Shown piece after piece: positions 1-10,529 of a stretch of 64,000 bases of DNA. Position numbers and translations under genes: made by a program. Every line of letters starts with the position of its first letter. Within the stretch, counting starts at the first letter, position 1. The notes under the pieces are model-generated. The model saw nothing but the letters and a program-made list of their open reading frames with translations. It did not search any database and was not told where the DNA came from. The DNA comes from Escherichia coli (GTDB taxonomy: Bacteria; Pseudomonadota; Gammaproteobacteria; Enterobacterales; Enterobacteriaceae). The DNA is taken from NCBI RefSeq assembly GCF_050320075.1, contig NZ_CP190018.1. One strand, given 5' to 3'.

Positions 1-2011
1 CATTGTGGAATTTGCTGGTGATGATGAGGCGCTGATTGACGAGCGAGTTAATGCACTCTGTGTGCGGCTTGATGAGCTGATTGCCAGCCAACAGGCGGGG
101 GTGATTGGCTGGCAGGTGTGCCGCGATCTGGCGGGTGTTGAACGTATCTATGCGATGCGCAAAAAAGCTGTCGGCCTGCTCGGTAATGCCAAAGGAGCAG
201 CCAAGCCAATTCCGTTTGCTGAGGATACCTGCGTACCGCCGGAACATCTGGCCGATTATATTGCTGAATTTCGCGCGCTGCTCGACAGCCACGGCTTAAG
301 CTACGGTATGTTCGGTCACGTCGACGCAGGTGTCTTGCACGTCCGTCCTGCGCTGGATATGTGCGATCCGCAACAAGAGATTTTGATGAAGCAAATCTCT
401 GATGACGTAGTGGCGCTTACCGCGAAATACGGTGGTTTGTTGTGGGGCGAGCACGGCAAAGGTTTTCGCGCTGAATACAGCCCGGCGTTTTTCGGTGAGG
501 AACTTTTTGCAGAACTGCGCAAAGTGAAAGCGGCATTTGACCCGCATAACCGACTCAACCCAGGGAAGATTTGCCCGCCAGAAGGTCTCGATGCGCCGAT
601 GATGAAAGTGGACGCGGTGAAGCGCGGTACATTCGATCGGCAGATCCCCATTGCGGTACGCCAGCAGTGGCGCGGTGCGATGGAGTGTAACGGCAACGGT
701 TTATGCTTCAACTTTGATGTCCGTAGTCCGATGTGTCCGTCGATGAAGATCACCCAGAACCGGATTCATTCACCGAAAGGGCGCGCAACGCTGGTGCGTG
801 AATGGCTGCGCTTGTTGGCGGATCGCGGCGTTGACCCACTCAAACTAGAACAAGAACTGCCTGAATCCGGCGTCAGTTTGCGGACGTTAATTGCCCGCAC
901 GCGCAATAGCTGGCATGCGAATAAAGGCGAATACGACTTCTCACACGAAGTCAAAGAGGCAATGTCGGGCTGTCTGGCCTGTAAAGCGTGTTCGACCCAG
1001 TGCCCCATCAAAATTGATGTGCCGGAGTTTCGCTCTCGTTTTCTGCAGCTCTATCACACCCGTTATTTACGCCCGCTTCGCGACCACCTCGTTGCTACGG
1101 TCGAGAGCTACGCACCGCTGATGGCACGCGCGCCGAAAACCTTTAACTTCTTCATTAACCAGCCGCTGGTGCGCAAACTCTCGGAAAAACATATCGGCAT
1201 GGTTGATTTGCCACTGCTGTCAGTCCCCTCGCTACAACAACAAATGGTGGGGCATCGCTCGGCGAATATGACGCTGGAACAGCTTGAAGCTCTCAATGCA
1301 GAGCAGAAAGCGCGCACGGTGTTGGTGGTGCAGGACCCCTTTACCAGCTATTACGATGCACAAGTGCTGGCGGATTTTGTCCGTCTGGTTGAAAAATTAG
1401 GATTCCAGCCTGTGTTACTGCCATTTTCGCCAAATGGCAAAGCCCAGCATATCAAAGGCTTTCTTAATCGTTTTGCGAAGACGGCGAAAAAGACGGCGGA
1501 TTTCCTCAACCGTATGGCGAAGCTGGGGATGCCAATGGTGGGCGTCGATCCGGCGCTGGTACTTTGTTATCGCGATGAATATAAACTGGCGCTGGGCGAG
1601 GAACGTGGCGAGTTTAACGTCTTACTGGCGAATGAATGGCTGGCAAGCGCACTTGAGTCACAGCCAGTGGCTACAGTCAGCGGTGAATCATGGTATTTCT
1701 TTGGTCACTGTACCGAAGTTACCGCTTTGCCGGGCGCGCCAGCACAATGGGCCGCGATATTTGCCCGTTTTGGCGCGAAACTGGAAAATGTCAGCGTGGG
1801 TTGCTGCGGCATGGCAGGGACTTACGGACATGAAGCGAAAAACCATAAAAATTCGCTCGGGATCTATGAGTTATCCTGGCATCAGGCGATGCAGCGACTG
1901 CCGCGTAATCGCTGTCTGGCGACCGGATATTCCTGCCGTAGCCAGGTAAAACGGGTCGAAGGCACGGGGGTACGCCATCCTGTGCAGGCTTTACTGGAGA
2001 TTATTAAATGA
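1..2011 (+). CDS. ydiJ: FAD-linked oxidoreductase YdiJ, C-terminal part only (5' end lies upstream of the window)
   Basis: ORF open from window edge to stop at 2009-2011; CxxCxxCxxxCP 4Fe-4S motif (CLACKACSTQCP); ATGA overlap with next gene. Confidence 0.85.
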   Translation, partial: IVEFAGDDEALIDERVNALCVRLDELIASQQAGVIGWQVCRDLAGVERIYAMRKKAVGLLGNAKGAAKPIPFAEDTCVPPEHLADYIAEFRALLDSHGLSYGMFGHVDAGVLHVRPALDMCDPQQEILMKQISDDVVALTAKYGGLLWGEHGKGFRAEYSPAFFGEELFAELRKVKAAFDPHNRLNPGKICPPEGLDAPMMKVDAVKRGTFDRQIPIAVRQQWRGAMECNGNGLCFNFDVRSPMCPSMKITQNRIHSPKGRATLVREWLRLLADRGVDPLKLEQELPESGVSLRTLIARTRNSWHANKGEYDFSHEVKEAMSGCLACKACSTQCPIKIDVPEFRSRFLQLYHTRYLRPLRDHLVATVESYAPLMARAPKTFNFFINQPLVRKLSEKHIGMVDLPLLSVPSLQQQMVGHRSANMTLEQLEALNAEQKARTVLVVQDPFTSYYDAQVLADFVRLVEKLGFQPVLLPFSPNGKAQHIKGFLNRFAKTAKKTADFLNRMAKLGMPMVGVDPALVLCYRDEYKLALGEERGEFNVLLANEWLASALESQPVATVSGESWYFFGHCTEVTALPGAPAQWAAIFARFGAKLENVSVGCCGMAGTYGHEAKNHKNSLGIYELSWHQAMQRLPRNRCLATGYSCRSQVKRVEGTGVRHPVQALLEIIK

Positions 2012-2418
2012 TATGGAAACGAAAAATCACCCTGGAAGCACTGAATGCCATGGGTGAAGGAAACATGGTGGGGTTGCTGGATATTCGCTTTGAACATATT
2101 GGTGATGACACCCTTGAAGCGACAATGCCAGTAGACTCGCGGACAAAGCAGCCTTTCGGGTTGCTGCATGGAGGGGCATCCGTGGTACTGGCCGAAAGTA
2201 TCGGTTCCGTTGCCGGTTATTTATGTACCGAAGGTGAGCAAAAGGTGGTTGGTCTGGAAATCAATGCTAACCACGTCCGCTCGGCACGAGAAGGGCGGGT
2301 GCGCGGCGTATGCAAACCGTTGCATCTCGGTTCGCGTCACCAGGTCTGGCAGATTGAAATCTTCGATGAGAAAGGGCGTTTGTGCTGTTCGGCACGATTG
2401 ACGACCGCCATTTTGTGA
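2008..2418 (+). CDS. menI: 1,4-dihydroxy-2-naphthoyl-CoA thioesterase (hotdog fold), 136 aa
   Basis: 136-aa ORF recognised as MenI/YdiI; start overlaps ydiJ stop. Confidence 0.9.
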   Translation: MIWKRKITLEALNAMGEGNMVGLLDIRFEHIGDDTLEATMPVDSRTKQPFGLLHGGASVVLAESIGSVAGYLCTEGEQKVVGLEINANHVRSAREGRVRGVCKPLHLGSRHQVWQIEIFDEKGRLCCSARLTTAIL

Positions 2419-2517
2419 CGTTGTCACCAGAAAAGTGTGACGCATATTGCTTTTGGTCATTATCTGCACAGTAAACGGTGGTATACTGTGCAGGTCTTGT
2501 CTAAAAGCGAGGATGCT

Positions 2518-2706
2518 ATGTCTACTCAACTTGATCCCACCCAGCTGGCCATTGAATTTTTACGCCGTGACCAAAGCAATCTTTCACCTGCCCAATATCT
2601 CAAACGTCTGAAACAACTAGAACTTGAATTTGCTGACCTGCTTACTCTCTCTTCTGCTGAATTAAAAGAAGAAATCTACTTTGCCTGGCGTCTGGGCGTG
2701 CATTGA
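2518..2706 (+). CDS. ydiH: small protein YdiH, 62 aa
   Basis: Internal ATG at 2518 of track ORF 2437..2706 gives the 62-aa protein MSTQLDPTQLAIEF...; position between menI and sufA. Confidence 0.7.
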   Translation: MSTQLDPTQLAIEFLRRDQSNLSPAQYLKRLKQLELEFADLLTLSSAELKEEIYFAWRLGVH

Positions 2707-2899
2707 TCCTGACTTGATGCCGCAATTTCGCCAAATCGACCTTGATTAACCTCCGTCCAGGTTCGATGGCCTTCTTAATACTGCTTATCTACCCGCCTGA
2801 TATTGTTCAAAAATAATACTAATCGCAGTTTGTGTTAAAACGGCGGGTTAGCTTTATGAGATTATTCTTATCGCCCCTTCAAGAGCTAAGCCACTGAGA

Positions 2900-2972
2900 G
2901 TGCCGGAGATAAGCGCCGGATGGGGTAGAAACCCTTAAGCCTGTGTCGCACAGACTTAAGGGTTTTCTTATT
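2900..2972 (+). ncRNA. candidate small RNA ending at an intrinsic terminator in the ydiH-sufA spacer; possibly RydB; 5' end not determined
   Basis: Orphan hairpin plus U-tract about 220 bp downstream of ydiH with no ORF; an sRNA is known in this spacer in K-12 but I cannot recall its sequence. Confidence 0.3.
2930..2972 (+). terminator. Rho-independent terminator: 10-bp perfect stem AACCCTTAAG/CTTAAGGGTT followed by TTTTCTTATTT
   Basis: Inverted repeat 2930-2939 / 2955-2964 then T-rich tract, read directly. Confidence 0.6.
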
Positions 2973-3189
2973 TCTGAACGCTGCACTTTTTTACCTATCT
3001 CTTAAATAGTCATTTTCAATACAACTTTTTCTTTTTCATCACAGCCTTAATGCTCCTTAGATAATAATCATTATCTAACAATGAGATACCTAATTCTTAG
3101 CGTGCCTGTTAACCCACACATCAGGGTCTATGCTTATTAAAAGCAGGAAAAAAGCATGTTTTACGGTAAAGCCCCTGCGTTTGCTGGGT

Positions 3190-3210
3190 TGAACTGATAA
3201 TCATTATCAC
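3190..3210 (+). promoter_or_regulatory. Fur box in the sufA promoter region
   Basis: GATAATCATTATC at 3196-3208 matches the 3' 13 nt of Fur consensus GATAATGATAATCATTATC; about 45 bp upstream of sufA ATG. Confidence 0.7.
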
Positions 3211-3254
3211 TAACATGCTGTTATACGCTGAAAGCGATGAAGTGAGGTAAATCG

Positions 3255-3623
3255 ATGGACATGCATTCAGGAACCTTTAATCCACAGGATTTCGCCTGGC
3301 AGGGCTTAACGCTGACACCCGCAGCCGCTGTCCACATCCGCGAGCTGGTGGCAAAGCAGCCGGGTATGGTCGGCGTGCGCTTAGGCGTGAAGCAAACGGG
3401 CTGCGCGGGCTTTGGCTATGTGCTCGACAGTGTTAGCGAGCCGGACAAAGACGATCTGCTGTTTGAACACGACGGCGCGAAGCTGTTTGTCCCGCTGCAA
3501 GCGATGCCGTTTATTGATGGCACGGAAGTCGATTTTGTTCGTGAAGGACTTAATCAGATATTCAAATTTCACAACCCTAAAGCCCAGAATGAATGTGGCT
3601 GTGGCGAAAGCTTTGGGGTATAG
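3255..3623 (+). CDS. sufA: Fe-S cluster A-type carrier SufA, 122 aa
   Basis: 122-aa ORF with C-terminal CGCGESF motif; first gene of suf cluster. Confidence 0.95.
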   Translation: MDMHSGTFNPQDFAWQGLTLTPAAAVHIRELVAKQPGMVGVRLGVKQTGCAGFGYVLDSVSEPDKDDLLFEHDGAKLFVPLQAMPFIDGTEVDFVREGLNQIFKFHNPKAQNECGCGESFGV

Positions 3624-3631
3624 GCGGTACT

Positions 3632-5119
3632 ATGTCTCGTAATACTGAAGCAACTGACGATGTCAAAACCTGGACCGGCGGCCCGCTGAATTATAAAGAA
3701 GGATTCTTCACCCAGTTAGCCACCGATGAGCTGGCAAAGGGGATAAACGAAGAGGTGGTGCGCGCAATTTCGGCGAAGCGTAATGAGCCGGAGTGGATGC
3801 TGGAGTTTCGTCTCAACGCCTATCGCGCATGGCTGGAGATGGAAGAACCGCACTGGTTGAAAGCGCACTACAACAAGCTGAATTATCAGGATTACAGCTA
3901 CTACTCAGCACCATCGTGCGGTAATTGTGACGACACTTGTGCGTCTGAACCCGGCGTGGTGCAGCAAACTGGCGCGAACGCCTTTTTAAGTAAAGAGGTG
4001 GAGGCGGCGTTTGAGCAGTTGGGCGTTCCCGTGCGGGAAGGCAAAGAGGTGGCGGTGGACGCCATTTTCGACTCTGTTTCGGTTGCCACCACTTATCGCG
4101 AAAAACTGGCGGAGCAGGGAATTATTTTCTGTTCCTTTGGCGAGGCGATCCACGATCACCCGGAACTGGTGCGTAAATATCTCGGCACCGTGGTGCCGGG
4201 GAATGACAACTTCTTTGCCGCACTTAATGCGGCGGTAGCCTCTGACGGTACGTTTATTTATGTGCCTAAAGGCGTGCGCTGCCCGATGGAACTTTCCACC
4301 TATTTTCGTATTAACGCGGAAAAAACCGGGCAGTTTGAGCGCACCATTCTGGTGGCCGACGAAGACAGCTACGTTAGCTACATTGAAGGCTGTTCCGCTC
4401 CGGTGCGTGACAGCTATCAGTTACACGCGGCGGTGGTGGAAGTCATCATCCATAAAAACGCCGAGGTGAAATATTCCACGGTACAAAACTGGTTCCCTGG
4501 CGATAACAACACCGGCGGTATTCTCAACTTCGTCACCAAGCGTGCTTTGTGCGAAGGCGAAAACAGCAAAATGTCATGGACGCAATCAGAAACCGGGTCA
4601 GCGATTACGTGGAAATATCCCAGCTGTATTTTGCGCGGCGATAACTCCATTGGTGAGTTTTACTCAGTGGCGCTGACCAGCGGTCATCAGCAAGCGGATA
4701 CCGGCACCAAGATGATCCACATCGGTAAAAACACTAAATCGACCATTATCTCGAAAGGGATCTCTGCCGGACATAGTCAGAACAGTTATCGCGGCTTAGT
4801 GAAAATCATGCCGACGGCAACCAATGCGCGCAATTTCACTCAGTGCGACTCAATGCTGATTGGCGCTAATTGTGGGGCGCATACCTTCCCGTATGTCGAA
4901 TGTCGCAATAACAGCGCACAACTGGAGCACGAGGCAACAACATCACGTATTGGTGAAGATCAACTGTTTTACTGCCTGCAACGCGGGATCAGCGAAGAAG
5001 ACGCCATCTCGATGATTGTTAACGGTTTCTGCAAAGACGTGTTCTCAGAACTGCCGCTGGAATTTGCCGTTGAAGCACAAAAACTCCTCGCCATCAGTCT
5101 TGAACACAGCGTCGGATAA
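3632..5119 (+). CDS. sufB: Fe-S cluster assembly scaffold SufB, 495 aa
   Basis: Internal ATG at 3632 ([10 protein letters not shown]...) gives 495 aa; track ORF extends 13 codons upstream into sufA. Confidence 0.92.
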   Translation: MSRNTEATDDVKTWTGGPLNYKEGFFTQLATDELAKGINEEVVRAISAKRNEPEWMLEFRLNAYRAWLEMEEPHWLKAHYNKLNYQDYSYYSAPSCGNCDDTCASEPGVVQQTGANAFLSKEVEAAFEQLGVPVREGKEVAVDAIFDSVSVATTYREKLAEQGIIFCSFGEAIHDHPELVRKYLGTVVPGNDNFFAALNAAVASDGTFIYVPKGVRCPMELSTYFRINAEKTGQFERTILVADEDSYVSYIEGCSAPVRDSYQLHAAVVEVIIHKNAEVKYSTVQNWFPGDNNTGGILNFVTKRALCEGENSKMSWTQSETGSAITWKYPSCILRGDNSIGEFYSVALTSGHQQADTGTKMIHIGKNTKSTIISKGISAGHSQNSYRGLVKIMPTATNARNFTQCDSMLIGANCGAHTFPYVECRNNSAQLEHEATTSRIGEDQLFYCLQRGISEEDAISMIVNGFCKDVFSELPLEFAVEAQKLLAISLEHSVG

Positions 5120-5128
5120 GGAATAAAC

Positions 5129-5875
5129 ATGTTAAGTATTAAAGATTTACACGTCAGCGTGGAAGATAAAGCTATCCTGCGTGGATTAAGCCTCGACGTT
5201 CGTCCCGGCGAAGTTCACGCCATTATGGGGCCAAACGGTTCTGGCAAAAGTACCTTATCGGCAACGCTTGCCGGGCGAGAAGATTATGAGGTGACGGGCG
5301 GCACGGTTGAGTTCAAAGGCAAAGATTTGCTTGCGCTGTCGCCGGAAGATCGTGCAGGTGAAGGCATCTTTATGGCCTTCCAGTATCCGGTGGAAATTCC
5401 CGGCGTCAGTAACCAGTTTTTCCTGCAAACGGCACTTAATGCGGTGCGCAGCTATCGCGGCCAGGAAACGCTCGACCGCTTTGATTTTCAGGATTTGATG
5501 GAAGAGAAAATCGCTCTCCTGAAGATGCCGGAAGATTTATTAACCCGTTCGGTAAACGTTGGTTTTTCCGGCGGCGAGAAAAAGCGCAACGATATTTTTC
5601 AAATGGCGGTGCTGGAACCGGAGTTATGCATTCTTGATGAGTCGGACTCCGGGCTGGATATTGACGCATTAAAAGTGGTTGCCGATGGCGTGAACTCGCT
5701 GCGTGACGGCAAGCGCTCATTCATCATTGTTACGCACTACCAACGCATTCTCGACTACATCAAGCCTGATTACGTCCATGTGCTGTATCAGGGACGAATT
5801 GTGAAATCCGGAGATTTCACGTTGGTCAAACAACTGGAGGAGCAGGGTTATGGCTGGCTTACCGAACAGCAGTAA
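5129..5875 (+). CDS. sufC: Fe-S cluster assembly ATPase SufC, 248 aa
   Basis: Walker A GPNGSGKST; ABC signature FSGGEKKR. Confidence 0.95.
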   Translation: MLSIKDLHVSVEDKAILRGLSLDVRPGEVHAIMGPNGSGKSTLSATLAGREDYEVTGGTVEFKGKDLLALSPEDRAGEGIFMAFQYPVEIPGVSNQFFLQTALNAVRSYRGQETLDRFDFQDLMEEKIALLKMPEDLLTRSVNVGFSGGEKKRNDIFQMAVLEPELCILDESDSGLDIDALKVVADGVNSLRDGKRSFIIVTHYQRILDYIKPDYVHVLYQGRIVKSGDFTLVKQLEEQGYGWLTEQQ

Positions 5876-7121
5876 CGCGCTGCAACAGTGGCATCACTTG
5901 TTTGAAGCTGAAGGGACAAAACGCTCACCGCAAGCACAGCAGCATTTACAACAATTGCTGCGTACCGGACTGCCGACACGGAAACATGAAAACTGGAAAT
6001 ATACGCCGCTGGAAGGGCTGACCAATAGCCAGTTTGTCAGCATTGCGGGAGAGATATCCCCACAGCAGCGTGATGCCTTAGCGTTAACGTTAGACGCCGT
6101 GCGGCTGGTGTTTGTTGATGGACGTTACGTGCCCGCGCTGAGCGATGCAACTGAAGGCAGCGGATATGAAGTGAGCATTAACGACGACCGTCAGGGGTTA
6201 CCCGACGCTATTCAGGCGGAAGTGTTTCTGCATTTGACGGAAAGCCTGGCACAAAGCGTGACGCATATCGCCGTGAAGCGCGGTCAACGACCGGCAAAGC
6301 CATTGCTGTTAATGCATATAACCCAGGGCGTGGCAGGTGAAGAGGTGAACACTGCCCATTACCGACATCATCTGGATCTGGCGGAAGGTGCCGAAGCAAC
6401 GGTGATCGAACATTTTGTCAGCCTTAATGATGCTCGTCATTTTACTGGGGCACGGTTCACTATCAATGTCGCAGCGAACGCCCACTTGCAGCATATCAAG
6501 CTGGCGTTTGAAAACCCGCTCAGTCACCACTTTGCCCATAACGATTTGTTGCTGGCAGACGATGCCACCGCATTTAGCCACAGTTACCTGCTGGGTGGCG
6601 CAGTGTTACGACACAACACCAGTTCGCAACTCAATGGCGAAAACAGCACGCTGCGGATCAATAGCCTGGCGATGCCGGTGAAAAACGAGGTGTGTGATAC
6701 CCGTACCTGGCTGGAACACAATAAAGGTTTTTGTAACAGCCGACAGTTGCACAAAACTATCGTCAGCGACAAAGGCCGCGCGGTATTTAACGGTTTGATC
6801 AACGTCGCGCAGCACGCCATCAAAACGGATGGTCAGATGACCAACAATAATCTGCTGATGGGCAAACTGGCGGAAGTGGATACGAAACCACAGCTGGAAA
6901 TCTATGCAGATGATGTGAAATGCAGCCACGGCGCGACGGTGGGGCGTATTGATGACGAACAGATGTTTTATCTGCGCTCGCGCGGGATCAATCAGCAAGA
7001 TGCCCAGCAGATGATCATCTACGCCTTTGCTGCTGAACTGACGGAAGCACTGCGTGATGAGGGGCTTAAACAGCAGGTGCTGGCCCGAATCGGTCAACGA
7101 CTGCCAGGAGGTGCAAGATGA
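5850..7121 (+). CDS. sufD: Fe-S cluster assembly protein SufD, 423 aa
   Basis: 423-aa ORF overlapping sufC 3' end by 26 nt; suf operon context. Confidence 0.93.
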   Translation: MAGLPNSSNALQQWHHLFEAEGTKRSPQAQQHLQQLLRTGLPTRKHENWKYTPLEGLTNSQFVSIAGEISPQQRDALALTLDAVRLVFVDGRYVPALSDATEGSGYEVSINDDRQGLPDAIQAEVFLHLTESLAQSVTHIAVKRGQRPAKPLLLMHITQGVAGEEVNTAHYRHHLDLAEGAEATVIEHFVSLNDARHFTGARFTINVAANAHLQHIKLAFENPLSHHFAHNDLLLADDATAFSHSYLLGGAVLRHNTSSQLNGENSTLRINSLAMPVKNEVCDTRTWLEHNKGFCNSRQLHKTIVSDKGRAVFNGLINVAQHAIKTDGQMTNNNLLMGKLAEVDTKPQLEIYADDVKCSHGATVGRIDDEQMFYLRSRGINQQDAQQMIIYAFAAELTEALRDEGLKQQVLARIGQRLPGGAR

Positions 7122-8338
7122 CTTTTTCCGTCGACAAAGTGCGGGCCGACTTTCCGGTGCTTTCGCGTGAGGTAAACGGTTTGCCGCTGGCTTATCTCGA
7201 CAGCGCCGCCAGTGCACAGAAACCGAGCCAGGTGATTGACGCCGAGGCCGAGTTTTATCGTCATGGCTACGCGGCGGTGCATCGCGGTATTCATACCTTA
7301 AGCGCCCAGGCGACCGAGAAAATGGAGAACGTGCGCAAGCGGGCATCGCTGTTTATTAATGCCCGTTCGGCGGAAGAGCTGGTGTTCGTCCGCGGCACGA
7401 CGGAAGGGATCAATCTGGTCGCCAATAGCTGGGGTAACAGCAATGTGCGGGCGGGCGATAACATCATCATCAGTCAGATGGAGCACCACGCTAACATTGT
7501 TCCCTGGCAGATGCTTTGCGCACGCGTTGGCGCAGAGCTGCGTGTGATCCCGCTCAATCCCGACGGTACGTTGCAACTGGAGACGCTACCTACGCTGTTT
7601 GATGAGAAAACTCGCCTGCTGGCAATTACTCATGTCTCCAACGTGCTGGGAACGGAAAATCCGCTGGCGGAAATGATCACGCTTGCGCATCAGCATGGCA
7701 CAAAAGTACTGGTGGATGGCGCTCAGGCGGTGATGCATCATCCGGTGGACGTTCAGGCGCTGGATTGCGATTTTTACGTGTTCTCCGGGCATAAACTGTA
7801 TGGCCCCACTGGGATTGGCATTCTTTATGTCAAAGAAGCCTTGTTGCAGGAGATGCCGCCGTGGGAAGGGGGCGGTTCTATGATCGCCACCGTCAGCCTG
7901 AGTGAAGGCACTACCTGGACCAAAGCACCTTGGCGGTTTGAAGCCGGTACACCCAATACCGGGGGCATCATTGGTCTTGGCGCGGCGCTGGAGTATGTGT
8001 CGGCGCTGGGGCTTAATAATATAGCCGAGTATGAACAGAATCTGATGCACTACGCGCTATCACAGCTGGAATCTGTACCGGATCTCACTCTCTATGGTCC
8101 CCAGAACAGACTTGGCGTTATTGCTTTTAATCTTGGTAAACACCACGCCTATGATGTTGGCAGTTTTCTCGATAATTACGGCATTGCTGTGCGTACCGGA
8201 CATCACTGCGCTATGCCATTAATGGCCTATTACAACGTTCCTGCCATGTGTCGGGCGTCGCTGGCTATGTATAACACCCATGAAGAAGTGGATCGTCTGG
8301 TGACCGGCCTGCAACGTATTCACCGTCTGCTGGGATAA
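7118..8338 (+). CDS. sufS: cysteine desulfurase SufS (PLP-dependent), 406 aa
   Basis: 406-aa aminotransferase class V protein; ATGA overlap with sufD. Confidence 0.95.
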   Translation: MTFSVDKVRADFPVLSREVNGLPLAYLDSAASAQKPSQVIDAEAEFYRHGYAAVHRGIHTLSAQATEKMENVRKRASLFINARSAEELVFVRGTTEGINLVANSWGNSNVRAGDNIIISQMEHHANIVPWQMLCARVGAELRVIPLNPDGTLQLETLPTLFDEKTRLLAITHVSNVLGTENPLAEMITLAHQHGTKVLVDGAQAVMHHPVDVQALDCDFYVFSGHKLYGPTGIGILYVKEALLQEMPPWEGGGSMIATVSLSEGTTWTKAPWRFEAGTPNTGGIIGLGAALEYVSALGLNNIAEYEQNLMHYALSQLESVPDLTLYGPQNRLGVIAFNLGKHHAYDVGSFLDNYGIAVRTGHHCAMPLMAYYNVPAMCRASLAMYNTHEEVDRLVTGLQRIHRLLG

Positions 8339-8350
8339 CAGGGAGGCACT

Positions 8351-8767
8351 ATGGCTTTATTGCCGGATAAAGAAAAATTGCTGCGTAATTTTTTACGCTG
8401 CGCCAACTGGGAAGAGAAATATCTCTACATTATTGAGCTGGGCCAGCGTCTGCCAGAATTACGCGACGAAGACAGAAGCTCACAAAATAGCATTCAGGGC
8501 TGCCAGAGTCAGGTGTGGATTGTCATGCGCCAGAATGCGCAGGGAATTATTGAATTGCAGGGCGACAGCGATGCGGCGATTGTGAAAGGGCTTATTGCGG
8601 TCGTCTTTATTCTCTACGATCAGATGACGCCGCAGGATATTGTCAATTTCGATGTGCGTCCGTGGTTTGAAAAAATGGCGCTCACTCAACATCTCACCCC
8701 ATCTCGTTCACAAGGTCTGGAAGCGATGATTCGCGCAATTCGCGCCAAAGCCGCTGCACTTAGCTAA
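8351..8767 (+). CDS. sufE: sulfur acceptor SufE, 138 aa
   Basis: 138-aa ORF directly after sufS. Confidence 0.93.
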   Translation: MALLPDKEKLLRNFLRCANWEEKYLYIIELGQRLPELRDEDRSSQNSIQGCQSQVWIVMRQNAQGIIELQGDSDAAIVKGLIAVVFILYDQMTPQDIVNFDVRPWFEKMALTQHLTPSRSQGLEAMIRAIRAKAAALS

Positions 8768-8915
8768 ACTAAAGGAACAGCTTTCATCCGGTTGGCTCAC
8801 ATTGCCGGATGGTCAATGTTTACACTGACCTGCACAGGAGTGTTTTGGTTTCAGGTGAACATAAGCGCCATCCGACGTTTCAGCGTGAGTCTCCGGCAAA
8901 TACAGGAGGTTTACA

Positions 8916-9920
8916 ATGAAACGCGCGTCTTTGCTTACACTCACGCTTATCGGCGCTTTTAGCGCCATCCAGGCTGCCTGGGCGGTTGATTATCCGCTAC
9001 CTCCAACCGGAAGCCGACTGGTTGGGCAAAATCAAACGTATACGGTGCAAGAAGGGGATAAAAACCTTCAGGCCATCGCCCGACGTTTTGATACTGCGGC
9101 AATGTTGATCCTTGAAGCCAATAACACTATCGCCCCGGTGCCAAAACCTGGTACGACGATAACTATTCCTTCGCAACTGTTATTACCTGATGCGCCGCGT
9201 CAGGGGATTATCGTTAACCTGGCAGAGCTGCGCCTTTATTATTATCCGCCGGGAGAAAATATCGTGCAGGTCTATCCGATAGGTATTGGTTTGCAGGGGC
9301 TGGAAACGCCAGTGATGGAAACGCGTGTGGGGCAGAAAATCCCTAACCCAACCTGGACGCCTACGGCGGGCATTCGTCAGCGTTCGCTGGAGCGTGGCAT
9401 TAAATTACCGCCAGTCGTTCCTGCCGGGCCAAATAACCCGCTAGGACGTTACGCACTGCGCCTCGCGCATGGTAATGGCGAATACCTCATTCATGGCACC
9501 AGTGCGCCGGACAGCGTCGGTTTGCGCGTCAGTTCGGGCTGTATTCGCATGAATGCGCCGGATATTAAAGCCTTATTCTCCAGCGTGCGGACGGGAACGC
9601 CGGTGAAAGTGATCAACGAACCGGTGAAATATTCCGTGGAACCGAACGGGATGCGTTATGTTGAAGTACATCGACCACTATCAGCAGAAGAACAGCAGAA
9701 CGTTCAGACAATGCCATACACACTGCCAGCAGGCTTTACGCAATTTAAAGACAATAAGGGTGTAGATCAGAAATTAGTCGATAAAGCGTTGTATCGTCGG
9801 GCAGGGTATCCGGTTGCGGTGAGCAGTGGAGCAACTCCCGCAGCCAGCAATGCGCCTTCAGTAGAGTCAGCGCAGAATGGTGAACCAGAGCAAGGGAATA
9901 TGTTACGCGCGACGCAGTAG
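8916..9920 (+). CDS. ldtE: L,D-transpeptidase LdtE (YnhG), 334 aa, signal peptide
   Basis: N-terminal signal peptide [20 protein letters not shown]; YkuD catalytic motif [20 protein letters not shown]. Confidence 0.9.
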   Translation: MKRASLLTLTLIGAFSAIQAAWAVDYPLPPTGSRLVGQNQTYTVQEGDKNLQAIARRFDTAAMLILEANNTIAPVPKPGTTITIPSQLLLPDAPRQGIIVNLAELRLYYYPPGENIVQVYPIGIGLQGLETPVMETRVGQKIPNPTWTPTAGIRQRSLERGIKLPPVVPAGPNNPLGRYALRLAHGNGEYLIHGTSAPDSVGLRVSSGCIRMNAPDIKALFSSVRTGTPVKVINEPVKYSVEPNGMRYVEVHRPLSAEEQQNVQTMPYTLPAGFTQFKDNKGVDQKLVDKALYRRAGYPVAVSSGATPAASNAPSVESAQNGEPEQGNMLRATQ

Positions 9921-9934
9921 CGGTAAATGGCAGG

Positions 9935-9966
9935 CAAAAAAATGGCGCACAATGTGCGCCATTTTT
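9935..9966. terminator. bidirectional intrinsic terminator shared by ldtE (+) and lpp (-)
   Basis: AAAAAAATGGCGCACAATGTGCGCCATTTTT: palindromic stem flanked by A-tract and T-tract. Confidence 0.8.
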
Positions 9967-9982
9967 CACTTCACAGGTACTA

Positions 9983-10231
<249 letters not shown>

Positions 10232-10264
10232 CTAGATTGAGTTAATCTCCATGTAGCGTTACAA

Positions 10265-10293
10265 GTATTACACAAACTTTTTTATGTTGAGAA
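10265..10293 (-). promoter_or_regulatory. lpp promoter: -35 TTCTCA, 17-bp spacer, -10 TAATAC (minus strand)
   Basis: Reverse complement of 10288-10293 is TTCTCA and of 10265-10270 is TAATAC; matches my memory of the lpp promoter. Confidence 0.65.
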
Positions 10294-10473
10294 TATTTTT
10301 TTGATGGGAAGGCACTTATTTTTGATCGTTCGCTCAAAGAAGCATCGAACGCTGGGTTTTAGATAAAAAAATTGAGAGAAAACAGGATGCTTCCATCGGA
10401 TTCATCTTAGATAAAGTGAGATTATATAGTGAAATCCGATTTGATTTTTTATTGCTTCTGGTTATCGATTAAA

Positions 10474-10500
10474 TAAAAAAAGCGCCCATCAGGGCGCTTC
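10474..10500 (-). terminator. pykF intrinsic terminator
   Basis: Minus strand reads GCGCCC-TGAT-GGGCGC followed by TTTTTTT, about 30 bp after the pykF stop. Confidence 0.8.
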
Positions 10501-10529
10501 GATATACAAATTAATTCACAAAAGCAATA

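Noticed and set aside
3593-3631. N-terminal extensions of track ORFs (sufB here; likewise pykF, ydhV, ydhX, sodC, tyrS, ydhJ, ydgK, ydhL, blr)
   Set aside because: The extended starts overlap the upstream gene or lack a ribosome-binding site; internal starts reproduce the expected protein lengths and N-terminal features (signal peptides, Tat motif).
6606-7346. 246-aa minus-strand ORF
   Set aside because: Antisense to sufD and sufS within a tightly coupled operon; no ribosome-binding site.
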